33,901 nt of DNA from Candidatus Bathyarchaeia archaeon (GTDB taxonomy: Archaea; Thermoproteota; Bathyarchaeia; Bathyarchaeales; Bathycorpusculaceae), in assembly GCA_049512935.1 (NCBI GenBank), contig JBEKWR010000021.1, forward strand, positions 1 to 33,901, given 5' to 3'. The notes under the pieces were generated by a model. It ran no database searches. It worked only from the letters and a program-made list of their open reading frames with translations, and was not told the origin of the DNA. The position numbers and the translations under genes are program-made. Shown here in pieces: positions 1 to 8,084 of the stretch (its first letter is position 1; every line of letters starts with the position of its first letter).

Positions 1-231
1 CAAAACGCGAACCAGCTAGCCACGCAGCTCAAAGTAGACTACAAGACAATAAGGCATCACCTGACAATTCTGGAAAAAAACAGGATAGTCATCCCGGTGG
101 GCGATCACTATTCCACCGTTTACTTTCTCTCGCAGCCCATGGAGGAAAACTACTCCCTATTCCAGGAAATAACGGGCAAAATGAGCGATGCAAAGAGAAG
201 AACAATCAAGCTGACGCAGAAAATATCTTGA
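1..231 (+). CDS. ArsR-like winged-HTH regulator, 5'-truncated by window edge
   Basis: Frame 1 reads QNANQLATQLKVDYKTIRHHLTILEKNRIVIPVGDHYSTVYFLSQPMEENYSLFQEI...KIS* (TGA 229-231). Clear paralog of 11377..11679 ([30 protein letters not shown]). Not in the ORF track. Confidence 0.85.
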   Translation, partial: QNANQLATQLKVDYKTIRHHLTILEKNRIVIPVGDHYSTVYFLSQPMEENYSLFQEITGKMSDAKRRTIKLTQKIS

Positions 232-281
232 TCTTTTTTACGGTTTTTGTGGCAAAAAGGTGGAGGAGAGATGGGTGGCTT

Positions 282-932
282 CTATGCTTCTAGGCTTGTG
301 AGGGTTGCCGTTGAGTTGCTTGTGGTTACTTCGGGTAGTTGTTGTTTGAGTTTTTTCTCCGTGGCTTGTTCTGCTTCTCTTAGGATTTGTTCGGTTTCTG
401 GATCCATTCTGCCGTTGTAGACTGGTGTGTTGCCGGATTGGATGCTGCTTGTGCAGATGTCGGAGAGTATGTTGCCTATGTTTCCGAGTTCTTGAGTGGC
501 TTCTGGGAAGATGTTGGTCATTTCTGAGCCGATGCTGTTTAGGACGTTTTTGGCGGGTGCGAGTACGGTCACTACGTCGCCTACTTCTGAGACTGTGTTG
601 AGTCTCATTGAGATGCTTTGCATGGCAAGTGAGGCGTGCGTGAGCATTTTTTCGATTTTGCGTATTTCGGCGAGTTCTGTGGCGAAGATGTTTGCTCGTG
701 CCTCGTTTCTTTCTGTGTATGCTTTTATGACTCGGTTGAAGATGTCGGCGTCGCGGGTTTGGAATCTTTGCAGTGCCATGTCGAGTGTTCTTGTTTGGGT
801 GTCGATGCGTTGGATGACTAGGCTGATTTGTTGTTTTAGGTTGTCGGGTGGTTTGACGACGTTTTTGACCCTTGATGCTATGGAGGGTTGTTCCTCTTTC
901 TTTTTCCATCTTTCAACGAAGCGGTTAACCAA
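282..932 (-). CDS. cdvB: CdvB/Snf7 (ESCRT-III) family protein
   Basis: Helical core with the archaeal CdvB signature 'RANIFATELAEIRK...LAMQSISMRLNTVSEVGDVVTVLAPA...IFPEA' and 'EQILREAE...LPEV' tail. TTG start preceded by AGGAG. Confidence 0.85.
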   Translation of the reverse strand: MVNRFVERWKKKEEQPSIASRVKNVVKPPDNLKQQISLVIQRIDTQTRTLDMALQRFQTRDADIFNRVIKAYTERNEARANIFATELAEIRKIEKMLTHASLAMQSISMRLNTVSEVGDVVTVLAPAKNVLNSIGSEMTNIFPEATQELGNIGNILSDICTSSIQSGNTPVYNGRMDPETEQILREAEQATEKKLKQQLPEVTTSNSTATLTSLEA

Positions 933-1200
933 ATTGGGTCATTCTCCTAATAGGTAGATAACTGCATGTGCATGAAATGCGGAATAAAAGAGTGTTTGAA
1001 ACATTGCGTGTAAAACTTCGTTGGTTGGGATTGCCGTTTTTAATTTTCTCTTTAAAGCGTTTGTCACTTCGACTTCGTTGGCTATCTTGAGGTTCCGTGA
1101 GGGGCATGGAGTGTTGGTGAACTGTGTTTATAAACGGGTTTCTGCAGCGCATGGATGAGGGTTGTTTTTGGTGTTGCTTTTTGTGGTGGTTTTCTGTCAC

Positions 1201-1439
1201 AAATACTAGACCCTCTCCCCTCTCCCTGTCGGGTAGGTCGGGCTTGTTTCATGTTGGTTTCTTGGTTTAGAGCTTAAATCAAGCTTAAAGGATTTCATTT
1301 TTCCGTGAAGAAAAACAGAGGACTAGCCAAAAAAACAGGTATAACTCCATTGATACCTGAATCCAGATGCCCCCTCAAACGGCAGTTCGCTTCAGGCAGG
1401 GCTTGTTTCGGGCTGCTTTTTTGGTTCAGGGCTTGAAAC
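1201..1439. repeat. Dispersed non-coding repeat, copy A (module X plus shared 35-nt end)
   Basis: Aligns to 22313-22549 in the same orientation, about 19 differences over the first ~210 bp by hand count, including 1-nt indels. Confidence 0.9.
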
Positions 1440-1528
1440 GCTTTATATTTTTTCCTCTTTCTTATTAAAATTTGTGAAGGATGCAAGAGGCATAAACTAA
1501 ATACTTGATGCACGTTAGATTTCGGTTT

Positions 1529-2395
1529 ATGGGATTCCAACCTCGGACGCAGCCTCATAGGGAAGCCAGTCGCAAGTACATTAAGCCTCTACGTGAGAAA
1601 GGCAAGAGTAGAAAAGCCAGAGGCACGCGTGCAGGCAGATCCAAGCAGGAACTGAGACGCGTCCCAACTGCGAAAGAGGTCTCAGAAGGAACCCTCAAAA
1701 GACTGCACACGCTAGGCAGCCAAAAGTTCGGTTCCTCTCCGTTCAGCCAGCATTTCGACCGTTGGCTAACAACCGTAAAAGCTGTCTTGTCGGAGTTTGA
1801 GTCTAATCCTAACGTCGGCGTCGATGACCAATTCTTGGGGGAGCGGACACAGATTCTCTCAAGTATTGAGCGTCAGCTCGAAAACAAGCGCCGCGTTGAA
1901 GCAGCTCTTGACGAAGAGGAAAGAAACCTTGCAGAGCGCAGGAATCATTTTGAACAAATCAAGAGGGAATATGTCATAGCGGCAACGGAAACTGGGAAAC
2001 GGAGAAACCGTGAAATCAAACGGTTGCGCAGCGGCATTGAACGCCTGAAAAGGGCTCAAGATGAGGTAATTCGGATGAAGACGGGTTTTTTCCGCGGCGT
2101 CTCAAGAAAGGAACGGGAACGGAAAGAAATCGAGATAACCCAAAAACTGGCAGACGCGCAACGGCTGCTTGAATTGGCCACATTGAATTTCAAGGTGGAG
2201 AAAGTGAAATTGCGGGAGGAGTACGAAAAGAAAAGCGCGCCTGTAGTTGACGAGATGAAAAAATTCCAGAAGAAACTTGACGACGGCGAAACGGATGATT
2301 CTCTGGAGGACAGATGGTTTGCTTGTGAAGCCCTAATAGACGCAGTAAATAATTTTCTGCAGAGAAAGAGCGCTTTGACCGACCCCCAACCTTGA
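1529..2395 (+). CDS. Hypothetical coiled-coil protein with basic N-terminus
   Basis: Long E/K/R-rich helical ORF. ATG 1529 preferred over TTG 1505. BRE/TATA-like GAAACGCTTTATA at ~1435-1447. Confidence 0.75.
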   Translation: MGFQPRTQPHREASRKYIKPLREKGKSRKARGTRAGRSKQELRRVPTAKEVSEGTLKRLHTLGSQKFGSSPFSQHFDRWLTTVKAVLSEFESNPNVGVDDQFLGERTQILSSIERQLENKRRVEAALDEEERNLAERRNHFEQIKREYVIAATETGKRRNREIKRLRSGIERLKRAQDEVIRMKTGFFRGVSRKERERKEIEITQKLADAQRLLELATLNFKVEKVKLREEYEKKSAPVVDEMKKFQKKLDDGETDDSLEDRWFACEALIDAVNNFLQRKSALTDPQP

Positions 2396-2507
2396 ATGTG
2401 AAAATTGCCATCCGTTTAGAGTAGATGGGTGTTACACCAAATTTTAGGTCTGACGGGGTGTGCGCAAATTTTATAAGCGTTTGTGGGATGTTTATGTGGG
2501 AGAAGAT

Positions 2508-2765
2508 ATGTCTACGGCGAGGGTTGACTCAAGACACAGAATCGTCATCGATAAGCAAACCAGATCAATCACACAGATTAAAGAAGGAGACATAGTAATC
2601 ATTGAACCACTTGACAGCCACAGTTTTAAGGTAAATGTGTTGGATTTCACTGGTAAGCTTGAGGATGACCCAGAATGGCAAGCGATTCGTAAACCAGCCA
2701 AGATTAGGAAGTTCATTCCGCCAGAAAAGCTTGAGGAGATAATGGATGAAGCATGGCGGGAATAA
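2508..2765 (+). CDS. vapB: AbrB/MazE-fold antitoxin (VapB-like)
   Basis: MSTARVDSRHRIVIDKQTRSITQIKEGDIV fits the AbrB swapped-hairpin pattern. TATA TTTTATAA at 2469-2476. Overlaps the downstream PIN gene. Confidence 0.8.
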   Translation: MSTARVDSRHRIVIDKQTRSITQIKEGDIVIIEPLDSHSFKVNVLDFTGKLEDDPEWQAIRKPAKIRKFIPPEKLEEIMDEAWRE

Positions 2766-3226
2766 AACAGCCTGAATCAAAACCGCTTGCATTAATCGAT
2801 TCAAACGTCTTGGTTTATGCGTTGGTTACAAATTATCCAACAACGCAACTGCATGAAAAGTGTGTCGCGTTACTGGAGAAGGGGCTCAACGGCGAATTAG
2901 ACTACATATTGGCGTTAAATCCAATAATTGTGGTTGAAGTTTTTTCGGCAGTTAGGAAAATATTGAGCTGTGACGAGGCAGAGTCCAGAGTTGGGTCGCT
3001 TCTACGTTTGAGACGCCTTGCTTTTCTCACTATTTCAAAGGAAGCTTGCCAATCATCAATTGAGTGGGCGAAAGAAAAAAACATACCAGTAAACGATGCC
3101 TTGATAGCTTGTTCCGCAATACAACATGCTGAACTGATTTATACAATGGATGAAGAACACTTTCGGAGACTCGAAGACCGTGGAATCAAAATGTTGAACC
3201 CCACAAGTCAAACTTTTAAGTTGTAA
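2753..3226 (+). CDS. vapC: PIN-domain toxin (VapC-like)
   Basis: Four PIN acidic positions: LIDSNVL, VVEVF, VNDAL, YTMD. 13-bp overlap with the antitoxin. Confidence 0.88.
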   Translation: MAGIKQPESKPLALIDSNVLVYALVTNYPTTQLHEKCVALLEKGLNGELDYILALNPIIVVEVFSAVRKILSCDEAESRVGSLLRLRRLAFLTISKEACQSSIEWAKEKNIPVNDALIACSAIQHAELIYTMDEEHFRRLEDRGIKMLNPTSQTFKL

Positions 3227-3232
3227 GTTATT

Positions 3233-3276
3233 TGTGGTGGCTGGACCGGATTCGGACCGGCGACCTTCTGCACGTC
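3233..3276 (-). mobile_element. Duplicated 3' half of tRNA-Val (att-like site)
   Basis: TGTGGTGGCTGGACCGGATTCGGACCGGCGACCTTCTGCACGTC repeats 3645-3689 with one deletion and one substitution. Exact identity ends at the anticodon. Confidence 0.85.
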
Positions 3277-3441
3277 TAGCACATCGTTTTGATTTGCCGT
3301 ATTTTCGGATACTTGTTAATTCGCATGTGCCTGAAAAGGCTAGGGCGATTTTCCCAACAGTTTTTCCAGCCGTTGCTCAAACAGTTGCCAACGCCGATGT
3401 ATTTTAATACTTTAGGCTTTTGCTTATCTGGTGGGAAAATT

Positions 3442-3594
3442 ATGCCTGTTGAAGTGCGCTGCCCCAAATGCGGCTCTAAGGAGATAGAGAAGAAAAACAA
3501 TCAGGAACGCCGGTGCAGCAAATGCGGCGAAATATTTTATTTTGTAACTCCGCAATGCGGTTCCCAAACCGATTTAGAACGATACAACCTCTAA
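3442..3594 (+). CDS. Small Zn-ribbon protein (50 aa)
   Basis: MPVEVRCPKCGS...RRCSKCGEIF has two CxxC knuckles. TATA-like TTTTAATA at ~3401-3409. The ORF-track start at 3289 is probably over-extended. Confidence 0.7.
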   Translation: MPVEVRCPKCGSKEIEKKNNQERRCSKCGEIFYFVTPQCGSQTDLERYNL

Positions 3595-3646
3595 CAAAGC
3601 TCAGTTGACTTAATCCTGAAAACATAGCCTGTTACTAAAGCAAATG

Positions 3647-3724
3647 TGGTGGGCCGGACCGGATTCGGACCGGCGACCTTCTGCACGTCAAGCAGATGTC
3701 CTAACCAGGCTAGACGACCGGCCC
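3647..3724 (-). tRNA. tRNA-Val(GAC), CCA encoded, no intron
   Basis: Reverse complement GGGCCGGTCGTCTAGCCTGGTTAGGACATCTGCTTGACGTGCAGAAGGTCGCCGGTCCGAATCCGGTCCGGCCCACCA folds as a cloverleaf. Anticodon arm TCTGC-TTGACGT-GCAGA. Confidence 0.96.
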
Positions 3725-3804
3725 ACGCGTGTTTGGTTTATTTTTTAGGGTGTTTTCCTATATAGGCGCTTCGACTTTGAGATAGGCGCTTGTTTCAATA
3801 TGGT

Positions 3805-4260
3805 TTATTTATGCTTCCTAAATACCTTATGCTCTGCATTTTCAGTGTGATATTCAAAGCCAAGTTCCATAAGTTTGATTGCGTCTTCTAGCTCGTCAGC
3901 AACTTTAACGATAAAGGGATCATTACTTTTTGATAGGTACAGCATTTTCTCTATGTGAACATGAGCCTCAGTTGAGTTAGCGCTTTCATGGCCTAGAATT
4001 ATTTGAACTCTTTCCCTGCCGTGGAAGTCGTGAAGTTCCTTAGTGGCTTTATACTGTCGGAAGGTGTGAAAGTGTATCTTCAGCAAGTTAGGGTTAGCTA
4101 TTTTCTCAGCGATCCTTCGCCTTACAGAAAAGAAACAAGCCCTTAAACCGCTGGAGTTTGCGAATAGCCTTTGCTTTTTACGTGACAGATTGCAAAGCAT
4201 CTCGATAGTTAGGTCTGTCATTTCCAAGAGTGTTAGTTCGCTGCGTCTTTTCCTGAAAAG
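3805..4260 (-). pseudogene. Degenerate tyrosine recombinase/integrase, catalytic-domain fragment
   Basis: In frame: box I-like RRSELTLLEMTDL (begins upstream of the called start), HTFR, LGH, and STEAHVH where the nucleophilic Tyr is expected. Stop immediately upstream; N-terminal domain absent. Confidence 0.8.
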
Positions 4261-4277
4261 TTATGGAAAAAACTTAT

Positions 4278-5333
4278 TCATGTATCTGTTTTCCGTTTTC
4301 GTCGGGTCAGCGTTAGGACTAGGATTATGATTATAGCCATGATCAAAAGTACAGCTCCTTCAAGCAAACTCATTGGTGAAGTTGTATTGGTAGATATAGG
4401 AGTCGCTGTTGGGGTAGATGTAGGTGCCGTTGTTGGCGCGCTTGTAAACGTTGGATAAAACGGGCTAAACAGACTACCCACTGGTTCGGGTGTAGGGGAA
4501 GGCGGACTGGAAGTCGGCTGGGGGGATGCAGTTTGAGATGGCGTGGATGAGGATGTGGAGGTGGAGCTGGGCGTGGAGGAGGTGGTTGGTGTGGGAGTTG
4601 AAGTTGTCTTAGGGGAAGCTGTTGGACTAGTTGACGGCGAAGGAGAGGCTGTGGGATGGGTTGATGGTGAAGGGGCAGCTGTTGGTTTGGTTGATGGAGA
4701 AGGGCGGGCTGTTGGAGAAACTGTTGGTGACGGCGATGGATTTGCAGATGGGCTTGGTGAGGGGGTTGGAGCAGATGCGCCGATAAGTACCATTTGATCG
4801 AGGTAAAGTATAGGAGGGGCTGGGCTTGTAAACGCAAACTCAATTATATTTATATTTTTTAGGTCAACGGTTCCAGATGAAGAAGCAGTTGCAAAATTAA
4901 GGGTAAACTGCTTCCAACCATTAAAGTTATCCTGAATGAGTTTTGCGTAGTAATTGTGGTTTTGGTCGATGATATCAAAGCTAATGTATGTGCCTGAGCT
5001 GGAACCGTAAAGCCAAAAAGATACTCCAGTAGCCGTGGACCAATCTGCGTTGGGATTAAAGACATGATAGAAGCCGACGGTTTGGTAGGTGCCCGCGGTA
5101 ATCACTTGTTTTAGGCTAGATGAGCCGCTATGCACGAAACTGGTGTCAGTTGTGATTGTACCAACTATGGAGCCTGATCCGTTGTTATAGATTGACCAAA
5201 AACTGGTGCCTTGATCGTCAAAAAGCGTGATGTCGGCAAACGCTGGGATAATGAAACTTGATGTTAACAAACATAGTATAAGGATTGTAAGTGCAAAGGA
5301 ACTTTTTGCGCGTTTACCATTTAATGAATTCAT
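4278..5333 (-). CDS. Secreted, C-terminally anchored protein with carbohydrate-binding-like beta-sandwich and P/S/T linker
   Basis: Signal peptide. 'DWSTATGVSFWLYG...GWKQFTLNF...DLKNINIIEF...LYLDQM' resembles CBM11/CIA30-like galactose-binding folds. ~10-aa PSPSTxPTA repeats, TM helix and basic tail. Confidence 0.75.
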   Translation of the reverse strand: MNSLNGKRAKSSFALTILILCLLTSSFIIPAFADITLFDDQGTSFWSIYNNGSGSIVGTITTDTSFVHSGSSSLKQVITAGTYQTVGFYHVFNPNADWSTATGVSFWLYGSSSGTYISFDIIDQNHNYYAKLIQDNFNGWKQFTLNFATASSSGTVDLKNINIIEFAFTSPAPPILYLDQMVLIGASAPTPSPSPSANPSPSPTVSPTARPSPSTKPTAAPSPSTHPTASPSPSTSPTASPKTTSTPTPTTSSTPSSTSTSSSTPSQTASPQPTSSPPSPTPEPVGSLFSPFYPTFTSAPTTAPTSTPTATPISTNTTSPMSLLEGAVLLIMAIIIILVLTLTRRKRKTDT

Positions 5334-5564
5334 TTTTAGGCTCGCAGATTGCTTTTGAAGTAATCTTATTCTGTGGCAAACGATATAAAAAGTATACGCT
5401 TTTCCGATTCATAAAACTGGTAGGTGCGCCTTCGGGTTATATTAACGGGAAATGCCGGCAAAGTGGTTATTTTGAGGTTCCGCACATCAGGGCATATTTT
5501 TTGTTTTTGCAACACAGCGGTTTTAAGTTACTTATGTATTGTGTACCAATCAAGGGGCTGGCTT

Positions 5565-6815
5565 ATGGCATCCGATGACGTGCAGTCATTACTTGTGGAT
5601 TTTATCAACAAGAACTCCAACGTTGCCGATGTCCAGTGGGACAGGCGCATGAGTCCACGACTGCTTTTTAACCCGTACTCGCAGAATTACGACGACCGAA
5701 AACTCATCGCCCACTACTTCCTGCTCACCGCGTCAATTCTTGACGACACCGTGGTAGGCTACCCTGAAAACGCCCGCATGCTGCTCTCATACTTTCACGA
5801 AGCCTTCGGCAACACCCTGTTCGAAATAAAAAAAGCGCACATTTTCGAGGAAGAAATAGTTAAGTCAGATTTTTACTACGACTTAGGGCCGAACAAGAAG
5901 GCGGCGTCCGACATTATGGCTTCCGTCAACTTGTTCGTCAGGAACATCGCGGAGAAGAACCTTCTTGCTTACGCTCAACGGTTCAGCAAGCCTAAAATCT
6001 TCGTCGATAACATTGCCCTGAACATCAAGGCGCTAAGCGGGCCTCACGTTGACAAAGCGTGGACTTACATGCGGTGGATGGTTCGGTCCTCGCCTGACCT
6101 GCAGATTTACGATCATCTTCTTCCCGGGGATCTGTATGTTCCGTTGACGAAGGAGAACGCTAACGTAGCAACGAGCTTAGGCTTAATTGAGTCCGCTTCT
6201 CCGTCACTGTGGAGAGACGAGCAAACCGCCACGGTTGCAAGGCAGAGAATAACCGACTACGCAAAGAAGCTATTCCCGCAGGACCCCGCGAAAATTGATT
6301 ACCCCTTTTTCCTGCTGGGCAGGTGGCTGAGGCAAAAAACCCTCAACAGATACACTTTGAAAACGGCGCTTGACTTTCTGGAGCGTATGCAAAAAATAAC
6401 GGGGCAATCCCAAGCGTACTACCAGAAAATGAGCCGTTACAAGAGCGGCTGGGAGAAAAAAACCGCGCTTACCCTTTTGAAAATGCACATTGCCTTTGGT
6501 TACGAAACCATCAGTTTCCCCTTGCCTGATAACGAGGTGTACACCCCCGACTTTATTTTGGAGAAGAAGCTTCTGGGGCGGAAGATAATTCTTGAGCCTC
6601 ATTTTGAAATGACTAAGAGGCAGGCTCGCAAGTATGCTCTGTTCAAAAGAACATACGGACAGGAGTTTTTGCTGATTTTGCTGCTGAAGAACGACTTGAT
6701 TTCCATGTATCACCAAAGGAAAATTCTAACCGACGACGTCTGCGATGACGTGTGGCCCATAGAGTTTATCCATTTGCTTGCGGAAAAAATTAGAAGAGGC
6801 ACCTACGGTGAGTGA
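5565..6815 (+). CDS. DUF2400 (HhH-GPD-like) domain fused to C-terminal PD-(D/E)xK-like nuclease
   Basis: 'YMRWMVR..PDL.....DLYVPL...LGL...FPQDPAKIDYPFFLLG' resembles DUF2400/TIGR02757. 'YKSGWE...FGYE...YTPDFIL...IILEPH' resembles T7 endonuclease I-type nucleases. ATG 5565 preferred. Confidence 0.7.
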   Translation: MASDDVQSLLVDFINKNSNVADVQWDRRMSPRLLFNPYSQNYDDRKLIAHYFLLTASILDDTVVGYPENARMLLSYFHEAFGNTLFEIKKAHIFEEEIVKSDFYYDLGPNKKAASDIMASVNLFVRNIAEKNLLAYAQRFSKPKIFVDNIALNIKALSGPHVDKAWTYMRWMVRSSPDLQIYDHLLPGDLYVPLTKENANVATSLGLIESASPSLWRDEQTATVARQRITDYAKKLFPQDPAKIDYPFFLLGRWLRQKTLNRYTLKTALDFLERMQKITGQSQAYYQKMSRYKSGWEKKTALTLLKMHIAFGYETISFPLPDNEVYTPDFILEKKLLGRKIILEPHFEMTKRQARKYALFKRTYGQEFLLILLLKNDLISMYHQRKILTDDVCDDVWPIEFIHLLAEKIRRGTYGE

Positions 6816-6881
6816 CTCGTCACGTGCCCGTTTTCTAACTGTGTTAATTAACCGGTGAAGCTCTGTATTGCTGACTGAACC

Positions 6882-7244
6882 ATGGCGGAGGACAACTTCA
6901 AGCCAGTAGTGGTCTGGCTTATACTTAATGGGAAAACCGAGGAGGCGCTTGGGTTGCTGGCGAAAAACTACGGCGTCAACGTGCCAAGCCTGAAAGTTGG
7001 GTTGCCGAAGGGACACAAAATCAAAGCCTTCGGATGCTACACCGCTAAAAACCAGACTATTTCGGTTTTGAACAGCGACATTCTTGCAAACCCATTCGTC
7101 GTTATCCACGAGTTCTACCATCATCTGCGCAGCAGAGGGGTGGATAAGATGCATCGGGGAACTGAAGGGAACGCTGACAAATTTGCCCTAGGCTTCTTGC
7201 AGGAGTATCAGGCGGCCGTTAGAAATCGGCGGTCCGTCACTTGA
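6882..7244 (+). CDS. Small zincin-like HEXXH protein
   Basis: VVIHEFYHHL followed by E..ADKFA, a minimal metallopeptidase-like fold. Confidence 0.7.
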   Translation: MAEDNFKPVVVWLILNGKTEEALGLLAKNYGVNVPSLKVGLPKGHKIKAFGCYTAKNQTISVLNSDILANPFVVIHEFYHHLRSRGVDKMHRGTEGNADKFALGFLQEYQAAVRNRRSVT

Positions 7245-7686
7245 AGTCTTCTTCGAAGTCTTCGTCAAATTCTTTTTCTAAGTCTCTTCCAGTTGGCGCT
7301 GTAATTTCAATCGTTAACCGTTCAGCTTTGCAGTTGTACGCTGCCACGCAGCCTCGACCCTGAAACGGGTACCCCACAATCATGAGTATTCTCCCGAAAA
7401 AGTAATTCATGTCCGTATCGCTGGGTGAAATGTTGCCTGAAGGATGTGAATGCACGGTGCCAACCAAAGAGAAATCGCCGGAGAACATGAATGGATTAAA
7501 ATGGACTGAGCCATGCCCATGCGCGGTGAAGGGGGCTAGGACAAGGTCGTTTATCTTTATTGTGCCTTTGCTGCTTTTGCCCCTTAAGAGCAGAAAGCTT
7601 TCACGCGGGTAAAGACGCTTAGCGCCAGCGTAGATGGCGTCCATTATGTCCTGCGGAATCTCTACGCGTATTGAAGAGGCTGCCAT
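7237..7686 (-). CDS. JAMM/MPN (Mov34) metalloprotease
   Basis: YPRE...GTVHSHPSGNISPSDTD matches the E-xn-HxH-x7-S-x2-D JAMM motif. Confidence 0.92.
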   Translation of the reverse strand: MAASSIRVEIPQDIMDAIYAGAKRLYPRESFLLLRGKSSKGTIKINDLVLAPFTAHGHGSVHFNPFMFSGDFSLVGTVHSHPSGNISPSDTDMNYFFGRILMIVGYPFQGRGCVAAYNCKAERLTIEITAPTGRDLEKEFDEDFEEDFK

Positions 7687-7818
7687 GACGGGGAGAATGG
7701 CGACTGGGGGTTAATTACCTTTACCCAACAACTTTGCGTTCTTATGCACAGGGATTTTCTGGTTGGTTCGGTAAACATTTTAAGAGCGGGCGAAATAGAA
7801 ATGTTGATTCATCTGTAT

Positions 7819-7903
7819 GCCGAGGTGGCAGAGTGGTTAACGCGCGGGCCTTGAGAGCCCGTGGACCTTCTGGTCCGCATGGGTTCGAATCCCATCCTCG
7901 GCG
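7819..7903 (+). tRNA. tRNA-Ser(TGA), long variable arm, CCA not encoded
   Basis: Acceptor GCCGAGG/CCTCGGC with discriminator G. Anticodon arm CGGGC-CTTGAGA-GCCCG, variable arm GGACC/GGTCC, T-loop GTTCGAATC. TATA TTTTAAG at 7778. Confidence 0.95.
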
Positions 7904-8054
7904 CTTCTTCTCTTCTTTCAGTTCAAACGGTGAGACGTTTAAGTTGTAACTTTACATGAAGTTTGTGTTTTCATCAGTGGGTACTGTTCTGAGTCGTAAT
8001 TCTGTAACGGTTCAAATTGCAAATTCAACCCATTTATACGGTAGAGGTTAGGAA

Positions 8055-8084
8055 TTTGGGTGAGAGTTTGAAAAAGCTTTTTAG
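8055..8084 (+). promoter_or_regulatory. Partial third copy of the TGGG-x5/6-TTTGAAA operator/promoter motif
   Basis: TTTGGGTGAGAGTTTGAAAAAGCTTTTTAG aligns without gaps to 11791-11820 and 12971-13000. Confidence 0.45.

Noticed and set aside
1405-1439. GTTTC...TTGAAAC 35-mer resembling a CRISPR repeat
   Set aside because: Occurs singly at three distant loci within a larger repeat, copies are divergent, and there is no repeat-spacer periodicity or cas gene.
925-1558. ORFs 925..1200 and 1295..1558, and likewise 12606..13076 and 22201..22521
   Set aside because: No motifs. The latter three overlap the dispersed repeat, whose copies differ by frameshifting indels, so they are probably non-coding.
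3212-3229. ACTTTTAAGTTGTAAGTT, similar to ACGTTTAAGTTGTAACTT at ~7935 near the other tRNA
   Set aside because: AT-rich TATA-like word in opposite orientation relative to the two tRNAs; not distinguishable from chance or generic promoter sequence.
4480-4775. ~30-bp imperfect tandem repeats
   Set aside because: They encode the Pro/Ser/Thr linker of the surface protein; not a DNA-level array.
7778-7790. Exact 13-mer TTTTAAGAGCGGG shared with 27589-27601
   Set aside because: Mostly a TATA box, and too short to call an att site or shared regulator site; noted only as a caveat for the sRNA start.
7846-7861. Reading the tRNA at 7819 as Leu(GAG)
   Set aside because: The 7-nt loop CTTGAGA places TGA at positions 34-36, and the discriminator is G, both indicating Ser.
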